Origin: Gammaproteobacteria bacterium
GTDB lineage: Bacteria > Pseudomonadota > Gammaproteobacteria > Pseudomonadales > Balneatricaceae
DNA: 64,000 nucleotides
Assembly: GCA_024230095.1 (NCBI GenBank)
Contig: JAAERS010000388.1
Span: forward strand, 9,298-73,297
Reading direction: 5' to 3'
Below are positions 1-8,548 of the stretch, in pieces. The translations under genes were made by a program, and so were the position numbers. The notes beneath the pieces are model-generated. The model searched no databases, was not told where the DNA came from, and worked only from the letters and a program-made list of their open reading frames with translations. Numbering within the stretch: the stretch's first letter is position 1; every line of letters starts with the position of its first letter.

Positions 1-268
1 TATTATGGACGAACCCACTGCCGCCCTGGGTGTACAAGAAACAACCCAAGTAGAAAACATTATCCGCGGCCTCAAACAACAAGAAGTACCCCTAATATTA
101 ATCAGTCATAATTTGCGCCAAGTATTTAATCTCGTCGACAAGATTTGGGTTTTTCGCCGTGGGCGCATCGTCGGCGAAGTGAATGCAGCAGATACAGACG
201 GCAACGAAATCGTATCCATGATCACTGGCGTTACGCGCGGTGTTCACGACAACGCTAGCTACATTTAG
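1..268 (+). CDS. Sugar-type ABC transporter ATP-binding protein, C-terminal fragment (5' end lies outside the window)
   Basis: The ORF is open to the window start. Its tail looks like a nucleotide-binding domain (..LILISHNL..). It sits directly upstream of two RbsC-type permease genes. Confidence 0.8.
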   Translation, partial: IMDEPTAALGVQETTQVENIIRGLKQQEVPLILISHNLRQVFNLVDKIWVFRRGRIVGEVNAADTDGNEIVSMITGVTRGVHDNASYI

Positions 269-278
269 AGGGGGATCC

Positions 279-1268
279 ATGTTTAAACGTGCAAATCTTC
301 CTGCTGAAGCCAGCATATTTTTGGTGTTAGTTGGCATCGCTGTATTATTCGAAATCATTGGCTGGCTAGTGGTTGGCCAGAGCTTTCTGGGTAATAGCAA
401 ACGTCTCGTGATTATGATTTTGCAAGTATCCATTATCGGCATTATCGCCGTGGGTGTAACGCAAGTGATTATCACCGCTGGCATTGATCTATCTGGTGGT
501 GCCGTGCTGGCCCTGGCGGCCATGGTAGCGGCCAGTCTCGCTCAGTCGGCCGATGCCTTTAGCCCTGTCTACCCAGACCTTCTTGGACTGCCGGTTATTA
601 TACCCGTAGCCGCTGGCATCATGGTTGGTGCCGCCTGTGGGTGGGCCAATGGTTCTATCACCGCTTACACTGGCATTCCACCATTCATAGCCACATTAGG
701 CATGCTGGTTACGGCGCGCGCCCTGGCCGTGCTCTATACGGAAGGCCAGCCGGTTTATAGTCTGTCTGATTCGTTTTCTGTTATTGGATCCGGCGCCTGG
801 CCAGTGGCCATATTCTTCGTCGTAGCCATTCTCTTTCATCTCATTTTAAACCACACTAAATACGGCAAACATACCTACGCTATCGGTTCCAATGAAAAAG
901 CTGCTCGCATCGCTGGCATCAATGTAAAACGTCATAAAATACTGGTTTATACCATTGCTGGCTCCTTGTCAGGTTTAGCCGGTGTCATCATGTGTTCTCG
1001 GGCCACCATCGGTCAATCGGGCATGGGTATGATGTATGAACTGGATGCCATTTCCGCTGTAGTTATTGGTGGCACCTCACTATTTGGCGGCCGAGGCCGC
1101 ATTTCTGGCACCGTTATTGGGGTCTGTATTTTGGGTGTTATCACCTCAGGCTTTACCTTCTTGCGTATCGATTTTTATTATCAAGAGATTGCTAAAGGCA
1201 TGATCATCGTTACCGCCGTTATGTTGGACCAACATCGTCAAAAACTTCGCCGTGAGCGCTCTGTTTAA
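279..1268 (+). CDS. Monosaccharide ABC transporter permease (RbsC/AraH type), copy 1
   Basis: ATG 279 is preceded by GAGGGGG at 268-274. The track start at 240 is a GTG inside the upstream gene. The protein is polytopic and hydrophobic, with the VIGGTSLFGGRG motif typical of ribose-type permeases. Confidence 0.85.
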   Translation: MFKRANLPAEASIFLVLVGIAVLFEIIGWLVVGQSFLGNSKRLVIMILQVSIIGIIAVGVTQVIITAGIDLSGGAVLALAAMVAASLAQSADAFSPVYPDLLGLPVIIPVAAGIMVGAACGWANGSITAYTGIPPFIATLGMLVTARALAVLYTEGQPVYSLSDSFSVIGSGAWPVAIFFVVAILFHLILNHTKYGKHTYAIGSNEKAARIAGINVKRHKILVYTIAGSLSGLAGVIMCSRATIGQSGMGMMYELDAISAVVIGGTSLFGGRGRISGTVIGVCILGVITSGFTFLRIDFYYQEIAKGMIIVTAVMLDQHRQKLRRERSV

Positions 1269-1286
1269 GTAAAGGACAAGATTAGA

Positions 1287-2309
1287 ATGAATACATCATC
1301 TTCAACCGGTGGTTTGTCGACAGTCCAAAATTGGAAAAACAGACTACCAAAAGATGCCAGCATTATTTCTGTAATGATTGGCATGGCGCTGCTATTTGAA
1401 TTGCTTGGCTGGATTTTTGTTGGCCAGAGTTTCATCTTCAATTACCAGCGACTGCTGATCATGATTCTGCAAATGGCCATTATTGGTATAATCGCCGTCG
1501 GTGTCACTCAGATCATCATCATGGCGGGGATCGACTTATCTAGTGGCTCTGTATTGGCGTTTACCGGTATTGTGGCTGCCAGTTTGGCTCAGACTTCCGA
1601 TTATGCGCGGGCCGTATACCCTGCCCTGACAGACATGCCTCTATTCGTACCCATCATGGCCGGTATTCTTATGGGATTGGTGATGGGCAGTATTAATGGC
1701 GGTCTTATTGCCTACTCGGGTATTCCCCCATTTATTGCTACTTTGGGCATGTTGGTGGCCGCCCGTGGTTTAGCCCGCTGGTATACCAGCGGCTCACAGG
1801 TCAGCTTTTTTATCGATGACTATGCTATCTTAGGCAGCGGTGTCATGCCCGTGGTCATCTTTTTATCCGTGGCCATCATTTTCCATTTACTATTGCGCTA
1901 TACCCGTTATGGGCGCTATACCTATGCCATAGGTTCCAATGAACAGGCGGCCCGGGTTTCCGGCATCAACATCAAAGCGCACAAGGTCTTGGTTTACACC
2001 TTGGCCGGTGGTCTTTATGGACTGGCTGCCGTGGTGGAAACCTCACGCACCCTGACGGCTCAGTCTGGTGCCGGCATGCTCTACGAGCTGGATGCCATCG
2101 CAGCTGTAGTTATTGGCGGAACCTCTTTAATGGGTGGTAAAGGCCGGATCACTGGCACCATTATTGGGGTGTGTATTCTCGGCATTATCACCTCTGGATT
2201 CACTTTTCTTGGCATTGGCTCGTTCTACACCAACATTGTTAAAGGTGTAATTATCGTCGCTGCCGTGGTGGCCGATCAGTATCGCAACAAGAATAGCGAC
2301 AGCCACTAG
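1287..2309 (+). CDS. Monosaccharide ABC transporter permease (RbsC/AraH type), copy 2 (paralogue of the previous gene)
   Basis: It has the same architecture and motifs (VIGGTSLMGGKG) as the upstream permease. The gap to that gene is 18 nt. Confidence 0.85.
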   Translation: MNTSSSTGGLSTVQNWKNRLPKDASIISVMIGMALLFELLGWIFVGQSFIFNYQRLLIMILQMAIIGIIAVGVTQIIIMAGIDLSSGSVLAFTGIVAASLAQTSDYARAVYPALTDMPLFVPIMAGILMGLVMGSINGGLIAYSGIPPFIATLGMLVAARGLARWYTSGSQVSFFIDDYAILGSGVMPVVIFLSVAIIFHLLLRYTRYGRYTYAIGSNEQAARVSGINIKAHKVLVYTLAGGLYGLAAVVETSRTLTAQSGAGMLYELDAIAAVVIGGTSLMGGKGRITGTIIGVCILGIITSGFTFLGIGSFYTNIVKGVIIVAAVVADQYRNKNSDSH

Positions 2310-2353
2310 CTAAGCGAACATTAAACCTACATTTGTACGGAAATTATTTAGAT

Positions 2354-3481
2354 ATGAAAGAAATTGGCATCGGTGTAATAGGCACCGCTTTTATGGGTAA
2401 AGCCCACTCCATTGCTTATGCTGTCGCAGGTACCGCTTTTGGTGGCAACCTGCGTCCTTCTCTGGAAATAGTCTGTGACCAGAATCCAGATATTGCAGAA
2501 ACCAAACGCAAGGAAATGGGTTTTGCGCGTTGTACAACCCACTATATGGATGTTATCAACGACCCTAAGGTAAAACTCATATCCATTTGTGTGCCTAATT
2601 CCGTGCACAAAGAAATTGCCGTTGCCGCCTTAGCAGCTGGAAAGCATGTGTGGTGTGAAAAACCCATGTCGACCAATTTGCAAGACTCTCAAGATATGGT
2701 AGATAGCGCCAACATCTATCATCAGCAAAAAACTATTGTCGGTTATAACTATACCCAAAATCCCATAGTCCACGCCGCACGTGACCTCATTGAAGAAGGT
2801 GCCATTGGTGATGTAACCGGCTTTTTTGGCGTCTATGATGTTGATAACGAAGCCGACCCTGAGCGCCCCTATAGTTGGCGCATGAACCGCCAACAGTCAG
2901 GCACAGGTGCCAATGCTGACGTTATGTGTCACCTAGTGAGTGTGGCCCATTATATTACTGGTAGCGACATAAACCGCGTGGTGGGTGATTACGATATTGT
3001 TTATAAAGATCGCCATGACCCTAAAACTAATACGCGTAAGGCCGTCGACAATGACGATGTTTGTATGGCCATCGCGCAATTTGAAAATGGTATAAAAGGC
3101 ACCCTGCGCGTTAGTCGTGTGGCCTGGGGACGCAAGTGTGGCCTTAGTTGGGAAGTACACGGTTCCCAAGGTATGATCCGTTTTGATCAAGAACGCCTCA
3201 ATGAACTACAACTATTCACACCCTCAGATGACCCGCGCCAGCAAGGGTTCCGTACCATTCTATCGGGACCCTATCACCCCCCTTATGATGCCTTTCTACC
3301 CAATGCTGGTCATAGCTTGGGGTACATTGATGTTAAAGCCTGCGAGCTGAACCAATTGCTTACAGCTATTGATACAGACGGTAAAACATGGCCTAGCTTC
3401 GCGGATGGCCTGAAAATTGAAAAAGTCATGGATGCCATAGATCGCTCGGCGATGAATGGCCACTGGGCAGACGTGGTATAA
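2354..3481 (+). CDS. Gfo/Idh/MocA-family NAD(P)-dependent oxidoreductase (inositol-dehydrogenase-like by context)
   Basis: The N-terminus has a Rossmann motif (IGIGVIGTAFMGKAH) and the EKP motif (WCEKPM). The track start at 2333 is a TTG, so the ATG at 2354 is preferred. The gene lies in an iol-like cluster. Confidence 0.8.
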   Translation: MKEIGIGVIGTAFMGKAHSIAYAVAGTAFGGNLRPSLEIVCDQNPDIAETKRKEMGFARCTTHYMDVINDPKVKLISICVPNSVHKEIAVAALAAGKHVWCEKPMSTNLQDSQDMVDSANIYHQQKTIVGYNYTQNPIVHAARDLIEEGAIGDVTGFFGVYDVDNEADPERPYSWRMNRQQSGTGANADVMCHLVSVAHYITGSDINRVVGDYDIVYKDRHDPKTNTRKAVDNDDVCMAIAQFENGIKGTLRVSRVAWGRKCGLSWEVHGSQGMIRFDQERLNELQLFTPSDDPRQQGFRTILSGPYHPPYDAFLPNAGHSLGYIDVKACELNQLLTAIDTDGKTWPSFADGLKIEKVMDAIDRSAMNGHWADVV

Positions 3482-4457
3482 CAAGGTGACAAATAATCTA
3501 CGCCATTGGCACGCACTGGTAATAGGCCGCGCAGGTCTAGATCTTTATCCGCAACCTGACGGAGGTAAAACTCGTGATGCTACGGGTTTTAGCGCCGATA
3601 TGGGTGGCTCTGGTGGCAACATAGCGGCAGCGGTCGGTCGAGCTGGTGGTAACGTGGCATTGCTCTCTGCTCTCTCTAACGATCCTGCCGCTCATTTTGT
3701 ACGCCAGCGGTTGCAGGAATGTCAGGTCAGCACAAAGTTTTTACAGACAACCAAAGGCGGCCAACGCACCAGCTTGGCCATTGCTGAAGTTCGACCTGAA
3801 GACTGCGAGGTAGTGATCTATCGCAATGATGCCGCTGATTTGGCGCTAACCGAAAGTACAGGCGCCAAAAACGCCATCAAACAATCGGCTAATCTGATTA
3901 TCACCGGTACCAGCCTCATTAGCGAACCGTCACGTTCGACTACCTTAGCGTATATGGCTTATGCCAAGGCTAATGATTGTCTTGTCTGGTTGGACTTGGA
4001 TTATCGTGCATGGAACTGGCCTAGTTTAGAAGTAACACGGGAAATCTACAGTAAAGCAGCTGACTTTGCCCACGTCATCATCGGCAATGAGGAAGAATTT
4101 GCTGTGTTAACCGAATCCCTGCCCGCCTATACAATTGAAGCTATGGGTAAACAACAAACCATTTTGCTCAAGCGGGGCCACCAAGGCGCTACCCTGTTTC
4201 ATCAACAACAGAGCCTAAATACGGGGATTTACCCAGTTAAACCGTTAAAGCCCTATGGCGCTGGTGATGCCTTTTTAGGCAACCTGGTCTATCACTACAG
4301 TCAGCATCAAGATTGGCAATCCGCTATTGCTAAGGGCAGTGCCGCAGCTGCCCTAGTGGTAGCGCAGCGAGGTTGCGCTAGCGTCATGCCAACACCTGAA
4401 CAAACCAACCAATTACAAGACAGCTCGGACATGGTGCCGGCTGCGCAATGGAGCTAA
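3456..4457 (+). CDS. iolC: PfkB-family kinase, 5-dehydro-2-deoxygluconokinase-like
   Basis: It resembles Bacillus IolC by eye (IGRAGLDLY, YRNDAADL, LDLDYRA, GAGDAF). It is followed by iolB and iolJ homologues. The start is uncertain: ATG 3456 overlaps the upstream gene by 26 nt. Confidence 0.75.
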   Translation: MATGQTWYNKVTNNLRHWHALVIGRAGLDLYPQPDGGKTRDATGFSADMGGSGGNIAAAVGRAGGNVALLSALSNDPAAHFVRQRLQECQVSTKFLQTTKGGQRTSLAIAEVRPEDCEVVIYRNDAADLALTESTGAKNAIKQSANLIITGTSLISEPSRSTTLAYMAYAKANDCLVWLDLDYRAWNWPSLEVTREIYSKAADFAHVIIGNEEEFAVLTESLPAYTIEAMGKQQTILLKRGHQGATLFHQQQSLNTGIYPVKPLKPYGAGDAFLGNLVYHYSQHQDWQSAIAKGSAAAALVVAQRGCASVMPTPEQTNQLQDSSDMVPAAQWS

Positions 4458-4459
4458 CT

Positions 4460-5299
4460 ATGCACATCCCCCATCATAACAATAATAATGAGGCTATTGT
4501 TGACCGCAACAACGGCCTGACACCCTTGTGTTATTTCAACATTGTTAAGTTGACCAAGGGTGATTCATTTACCTCACAAGTAACAGGCTATGAAACCTGT
4601 CTGGTGCCCGCCACGGGCAGCATTGATGTAAACGTAGGCGACGAAACCTTTACCAAGGTTGGTAAACGCATGCATATTTGGCAAGGTGATCCTGAAGGCG
4701 TCTATGTGCCAGTTGGCATGTCCGCCACCCTGACCTGTGTAAGCGACCATGCAGAAGTGTTCATAGCCGGCGCCCAACACGATGAAGTATACCAACCGTT
4801 TGTGGTTCGCGAGAGCGATATCGACCCAGTTCAATACGGTTCTGACGATACTAAGACCCACCGCAAAATTAAACATGTACTCGGCAAAAGCCCAGCCGGC
4901 AAGGTGGGCCGACTACTCGTCAGTGAACTGTTTACTGTAGGCGCTGGGGGCTGGTCTGGTTTCCCTCCCCATAAACATGATACGGATAATCTACCTAAAG
5001 AAACCCGTCATGATGAAGTCTATAACTTCCGCTTTAACCCTGAACACGGATTTGGCGCACAGTTTTTAACCCAAGAAGGTGAAGCCCGAGGCGATGTCTA
5101 TCATATCCGTAATGGCGATACCATTCAGATAGAAAAGGGTTATCACCCTTGTGTTGCAGGCCCAGGTTATGAAATGTACTACTTCACCATTTTAGGTGGT
5201 CTATCGCAACGCTCTCTACATCAAAATTTCCATGAAGAGCACGCCTATCAGCTCAAAACCATTCCAGGCATTATGGATATGGTCAACAAATTCAAGTAG
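4460..5299 (+). CDS. iolB: 5-deoxy-glucuronate isomerase
   Basis: It carries the cupin core WSGFPPHKHD..NLPKE..E.Y and GYHP motifs found in IolB. A GGAG sits 6 nt upstream of ATG 4460. The track start at 4448 overlaps the iolC stop. Confidence 0.8.
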   Translation: MHIPHHNNNNEAIVDRNNGLTPLCYFNIVKLTKGDSFTSQVTGYETCLVPATGSIDVNVGDETFTKVGKRMHIWQGDPEGVYVPVGMSATLTCVSDHAEVFIAGAQHDEVYQPFVVRESDIDPVQYGSDDTKTHRKIKHVLGKSPAGKVGRLLVSELFTVGAGGWSGFPPHKHDTDNLPKETRHDEVYNFRFNPEHGFGAQFLTQEGEARGDVYHIRNGDTIQIEKGYHPCVAGPGYEMYYFTILGGLSQRSLHQNFHEEHAYQLKTIPGIMDMVNKFK

Positions 5300-5305
5300 G
5301 TTGTT

Positions 5306-6136
5306 ATGTTAGTAAACCTTAAACAAATCATGGCCCCAGCCCTTAGCAATGGGTATGCAGTGGCCTGCTTTAATGTCTTTGGCTATGAAGATGCATTGGC
5401 TGTAGTGCGAGCGGCCGAAGCCCGCAACGCTAGTGTCATCTTGTCCATCAATTTGGATATGGTCGAGTTTATGCCCTTCTCTCACATTTGTGGCATGTTC
5501 AGGCCCCTAGCCGAAGATGCAAACGTTCCTGTATGTTTACACCTAGACCACCATTATGACCTAGAAGGCGTAAAAAAGGCCATTCACTCCGGTTTCACCT
5601 CAGTCATGTATGATGGCTCACAGTTACCTATCAAGGAAAATGTAGCGGGCATTCAAGAAGTCGTGGCCTTTGCCAAACAATATGATGTATCCGTGGAAGC
5701 AGAAGTCGGTTCGGTACCTTATGCCACAGGACGTGATCATATTAAATCAGTACTAACAGAAGTCGACGAAGCCATGATCATGGCCAAACAGGGCCTGCCA
5801 GATGTGATAGCTATTTCTGTGGGCAACATACACCGCTTAGAAAATGAAAAAGTCGATATTAATTACCAACGCTACGACGAGTTGCAAGCGGCTATTGATA
5901 TCCCCCTGGTGATCCATGGCACCAGTGGCATCAAGGAAGCTGACATTCAAAAGCTGTCCAAGTCGGCGGTTTGCAAATTTAATATTGGTACCTGCTTGCG
6001 CCAGCGCTTTGGTACTACCATTCGACAAGCACTAAATGACGATCCCCATCTGTTTGATCGCTTAGACCTGATGAACAAGGCCCTTCCCGCCGTGCAGGAA
6101 GAAGCCGAAAGAATGATCACTCTGCTGGGCCAATAG
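5306..6136 (+). CDS. iolJ: Class II fructose/tagatose-bisphosphate aldolase family protein (6-phospho-5-dehydro-2-deoxygluconate aldolase-like)
   Basis: It has class II aldolase motifs (LHLDH, SVEAEVG, PLVIHGTSG). It is positioned after iolC and iolB. Confidence 0.7.
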   Translation: MLVNLKQIMAPALSNGYAVACFNVFGYEDALAVVRAAEARNASVILSINLDMVEFMPFSHICGMFRPLAEDANVPVCLHLDHHYDLEGVKKAIHSGFTSVMYDGSQLPIKENVAGIQEVVAFAKQYDVSVEAEVGSVPYATGRDHIKSVLTEVDEAMIMAKQGLPDVIAISVGNIHRLENEKVDINYQRYDELQAAIDIPLVIHGTSGIKEADIQKLSKSAVCKFNIGTCLRQRFGTTIRQALNDDPHLFDRLDLMNKALPAVQEEAERMITLLGQ

Positions 6137-6155
6137 TGCATATATAGGCTTTCCC

Positions 6156-6986
6156 ATGAATAAACGGCAAGACTTACAAGGCAACACAGCCATCATCACT
6201 GGCGGCAGCCAAGGACTAGGTGCTGCAACAGCGCGTCTGTTTGCCGAACGCGGCGTTCAAAGTATAGTCATTTGTGGCCGTCAAACCAACAAAGGGGAGC
6301 AAGTTGCTGCTGAAATTCAAAGTGATCACGCCCATTGTCAGGTGCACTTTGTCACCATTGATCTCGCCCAAGCAGACGCGGCTAAACAGCTTATAGACGC
6401 CGCCAAACAGCATTTTCAGAAGCTGCATATTGTCGTTAATGTGGCTGGCTTATCAGCTCGCGGCAGCATTCTTGATACCTCTGTAGAGTTGTATGACCAA
6501 ATAATGAACATCAATGTGCGTGCACCGTTTTTCATAATGCAAGAAGCCAGCAGGTGGATGCGTGAGACAAGCTCTGAGGGCAGTATAGTTAACATCGGTT
6601 CTATTGCTGCCTACGCAGGCATGCCCATTCTCAGTGCTTACTGCACCTCAAAAGGCGCTTTAAATACCCTCACACGCAATACCGCCCACGCTTTGATGCG
6701 GGACCGTATTCGTGTCAACTGTCTCAATATTGGTTGGATGGCCAGTGATGAAGAAGATTTGGTCCAACGCAAGTACCATGGTGCTGAAGATGGCTGGCAA
6801 GAAAAAGTCGGCGCAACCCTACCATTTGGACGCTTAGTCGATCCTAATGAGGTGGCCAGAGCAATTGCCTTTTTAGCCAGCGAGGAATCTGGTTTAATGA
6901 CCGGCTCTGTAGTGAATTTTGACCAATCCGTATGGGCCGCCAGCGATGCTATGGTGGTACCCGAAGCTCCCTTGCCTGACGCCTAA
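6156..6986 (+). CDS. Short-chain dehydrogenase/reductase (SDR)
   Basis: TGGSQGLG cofactor motif and YCTSK active-site motif. Confidence 0.85.
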   Translation: MNKRQDLQGNTAIITGGSQGLGAATARLFAERGVQSIVICGRQTNKGEQVAAEIQSDHAHCQVHFVTIDLAQADAAKQLIDAAKQHFQKLHIVVNVAGLSARGSILDTSVELYDQIMNINVRAPFFIMQEASRWMRETSSEGSIVNIGSIAAYAGMPILSAYCTSKGALNTLTRNTAHALMRDRIRVNCLNIGWMASDEEDLVQRKYHGAEDGWQEKVGATLPFGRLVDPNEVARAIAFLASEESGLMTGSVVNFDQSVWAASDAMVVPEAPLPDA

Positions 6987-7024
6987 AACTTAATAAACTG
7001 TCCCATGCCTAGACATTACAGTAC

Positions 7025-8548
7025 TTACAACGCTGCAATGGTGTCCAAAATCGGGTAGTTTTGACGGATCGCCTGATCGGCAACTTTATCCAAGTACTGG
7101 GGATGATGTTGCAACAGCTCAGTCACCCTTTGCCGAGCTCGTTGCCAGTGATCTTTGGCGCCCTTTTCTTGCCACACGGCAGGCTCATGCCGATCCGCAA
7201 TTAAGGGATAATAATAGTCACGCTCCATGGCCAACATGGTTTCTGGTTGGTCAATAAAGTGGCCACTGCCTGTCACCGCCGCCACAATCGATTGGAAGCC
7301 AAAACTGGCTTCATCCACTTCAATTCCGCGGATGCAGCGATGCACATGACTGAGCATTTCATCATCCATAACAAAGGCTTCGAACGAGGCGCCCAATAGA
7401 CTTGCCATCATACCCGATGATTCGTACACCATATTACCCCCGGCCAAGCCACACGACAGCGCCGTAATGGCCTTCTCCATGCCCATTTGAGCATCGGGCA
7501 CCTTGGCATCAGTCATGCTAGATCCGCAGCCAGACGGCAAGCCTAGGCTGTTAGACAGCTGAGCCGAAGCGGCATTGAGTAAAGCCATTTCACCACCACC
7601 GCCACGAAATGCCCCAGTGCGTAAATCAATAACCAAAGGCCAGTTAGAAAAAATCATTGGATAACCAGGCTCAAATACATTAATCATCACTAAGGCTGCT
7701 AAGGTTTCTGCCAGAGTCAGGGCTAGGGTTCCGGCCAATGGTGCAGGTGATGTGGCTCCGGTCATGGCAGCAACAATATTGCTAATAGGAACACCACGAC
7801 GCATACAAGCTAAAGCTACCTGCACGGCATCATCACCATACTTAAGGGGTGAAATTATCGGACTAACATGTGCCTTGCAGAACGGCTGCTGCGCGAACCG
7901 GCCTTTACCGCCCAAGGCTATATCGAACATATCGACGATCGGGTCGACCGACTCAGCCACTGTAAATGCCGTCGCCACAGGTTTGCTGGTGCCACGTAAC
8001 AAGGCATAAGCGGTGTTCACATCTAACTCGTACAAATCTTGCACATCAGTAGCAATGCAACAGCGCGTAAACCAGCTAACATTAGGCAGTTGATCCACCA
8101 AACGCGTAAACTGATAGAGATCATCCAAAGTTGAAGGCCGGTATTCATGATTATGAAAATCGAGGGTTTGTACAGCCGCACCACCAGTGCCAAAGTACAC
8201 CCTGTCTCCGCCCACTTGTATATCACGCTGCCCGTCTCGACTATAAAGGGTGAATTCTTTACAGGCGCCAGTGAGTATGTTTTCCACCATGGCAGCTGGA
8301 AAACTAAGGCGCCCCATAGCATTCACCTTAGCCCCTTTGCTTATCGCTTGTTGATGCAAAATTTTTGGTACATCGGCCATTCCCACGGCTTCAAGAATAC
8401 GTAACGATTCGGCATAGATGCGTTGCACCTGCGCATCGCTAAGGGGTTTGTACTGCCCCCCAACACCCCCAGGCGGACAAGGATTAACCTGTGGTGGTCT
8501 CGCCCGCTGCGCATGTTTTGCGGCTCGGGCTGATGCACGCCTGACCAT
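7025..8548 (-). CDS. Trimethylamine methyltransferase (MttB) superfamily protein, non-pyrrolysine type (copy 1)
   Basis: 507 aa with an Arg-rich N-terminus and MttB-like TIM-barrel motifs recognised by eye. The ORF is uninterrupted, with no in-frame TAG. Its start ATG overlaps the upstream gene's stop as TAATG at 8546-8550. Confidence 0.8.
   Translation of the reverse strand: MVRRASARAAKHAQRARPPQVNPCPPGGVGGQYKPLSDAQVQRIYAESLRILEAVGMADVPKILHQQAISKGAKVNAMGRLSFPAAMVENILTGACKEFTLYSRDGQRDIQVGGDRVYFGTGGAAVQTLDFHNHEYRPSTLDDLYQFTRLVDQLPNVSWFTRCCIATDVQDLYELDVNTAYALLRGTSKPVATAFTVAESVDPIVDMFDIALGGKGRFAQQPFCKAHVSPIISPLKYGDDAVQVALACMRRGVPISNIVAAMTGATSPAPLAGTLALTLAETLAALVMINVFEPGYPMIFSNWPLVIDLRTGAFRGGGGEMALLNAASAQLSNSLGLPSGCGSSMTDAKVPDAQMGMEKAITALSCGLAGGNMVYESSGMMASLLGASFEAFVMDDEMLSHVHRCIRGIEVDEASFGFQSIVAAVTGSGHFIDQPETMLAMERDYYYPLIADRHEPAVWQEKGAKDHWQRARQRVTELLQHHPQYLDKVADQAIRQNYPILDTIAAL

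Noticed and set aside
98-523. Many 60-150-codon ORFs lie antisense to, or out of frame within, long genes. Examples are 98-523, 2348-3516, 8023-8723, 9789-10708, 15170-15559, 17308-17682, 37026-37664, 49133-49855, 58227-59159 and 63722-63991.
   Set aside because: They lie entirely inside confidently recognised genes on the other strand or frame. They have no RBS and their translations are low-complexity or unrecognisable. They are typical shadow ORFs.
7025-8548. The MttB genes could be pyrrolysine-containing trimethylamine methyltransferases.
   Set aside because: Both MttB-family ORFs (7025-8548 and 55127-56635) are continuous with no in-frame TAG. No pyl genes are visible. They therefore belong to the non-Pyl branch.
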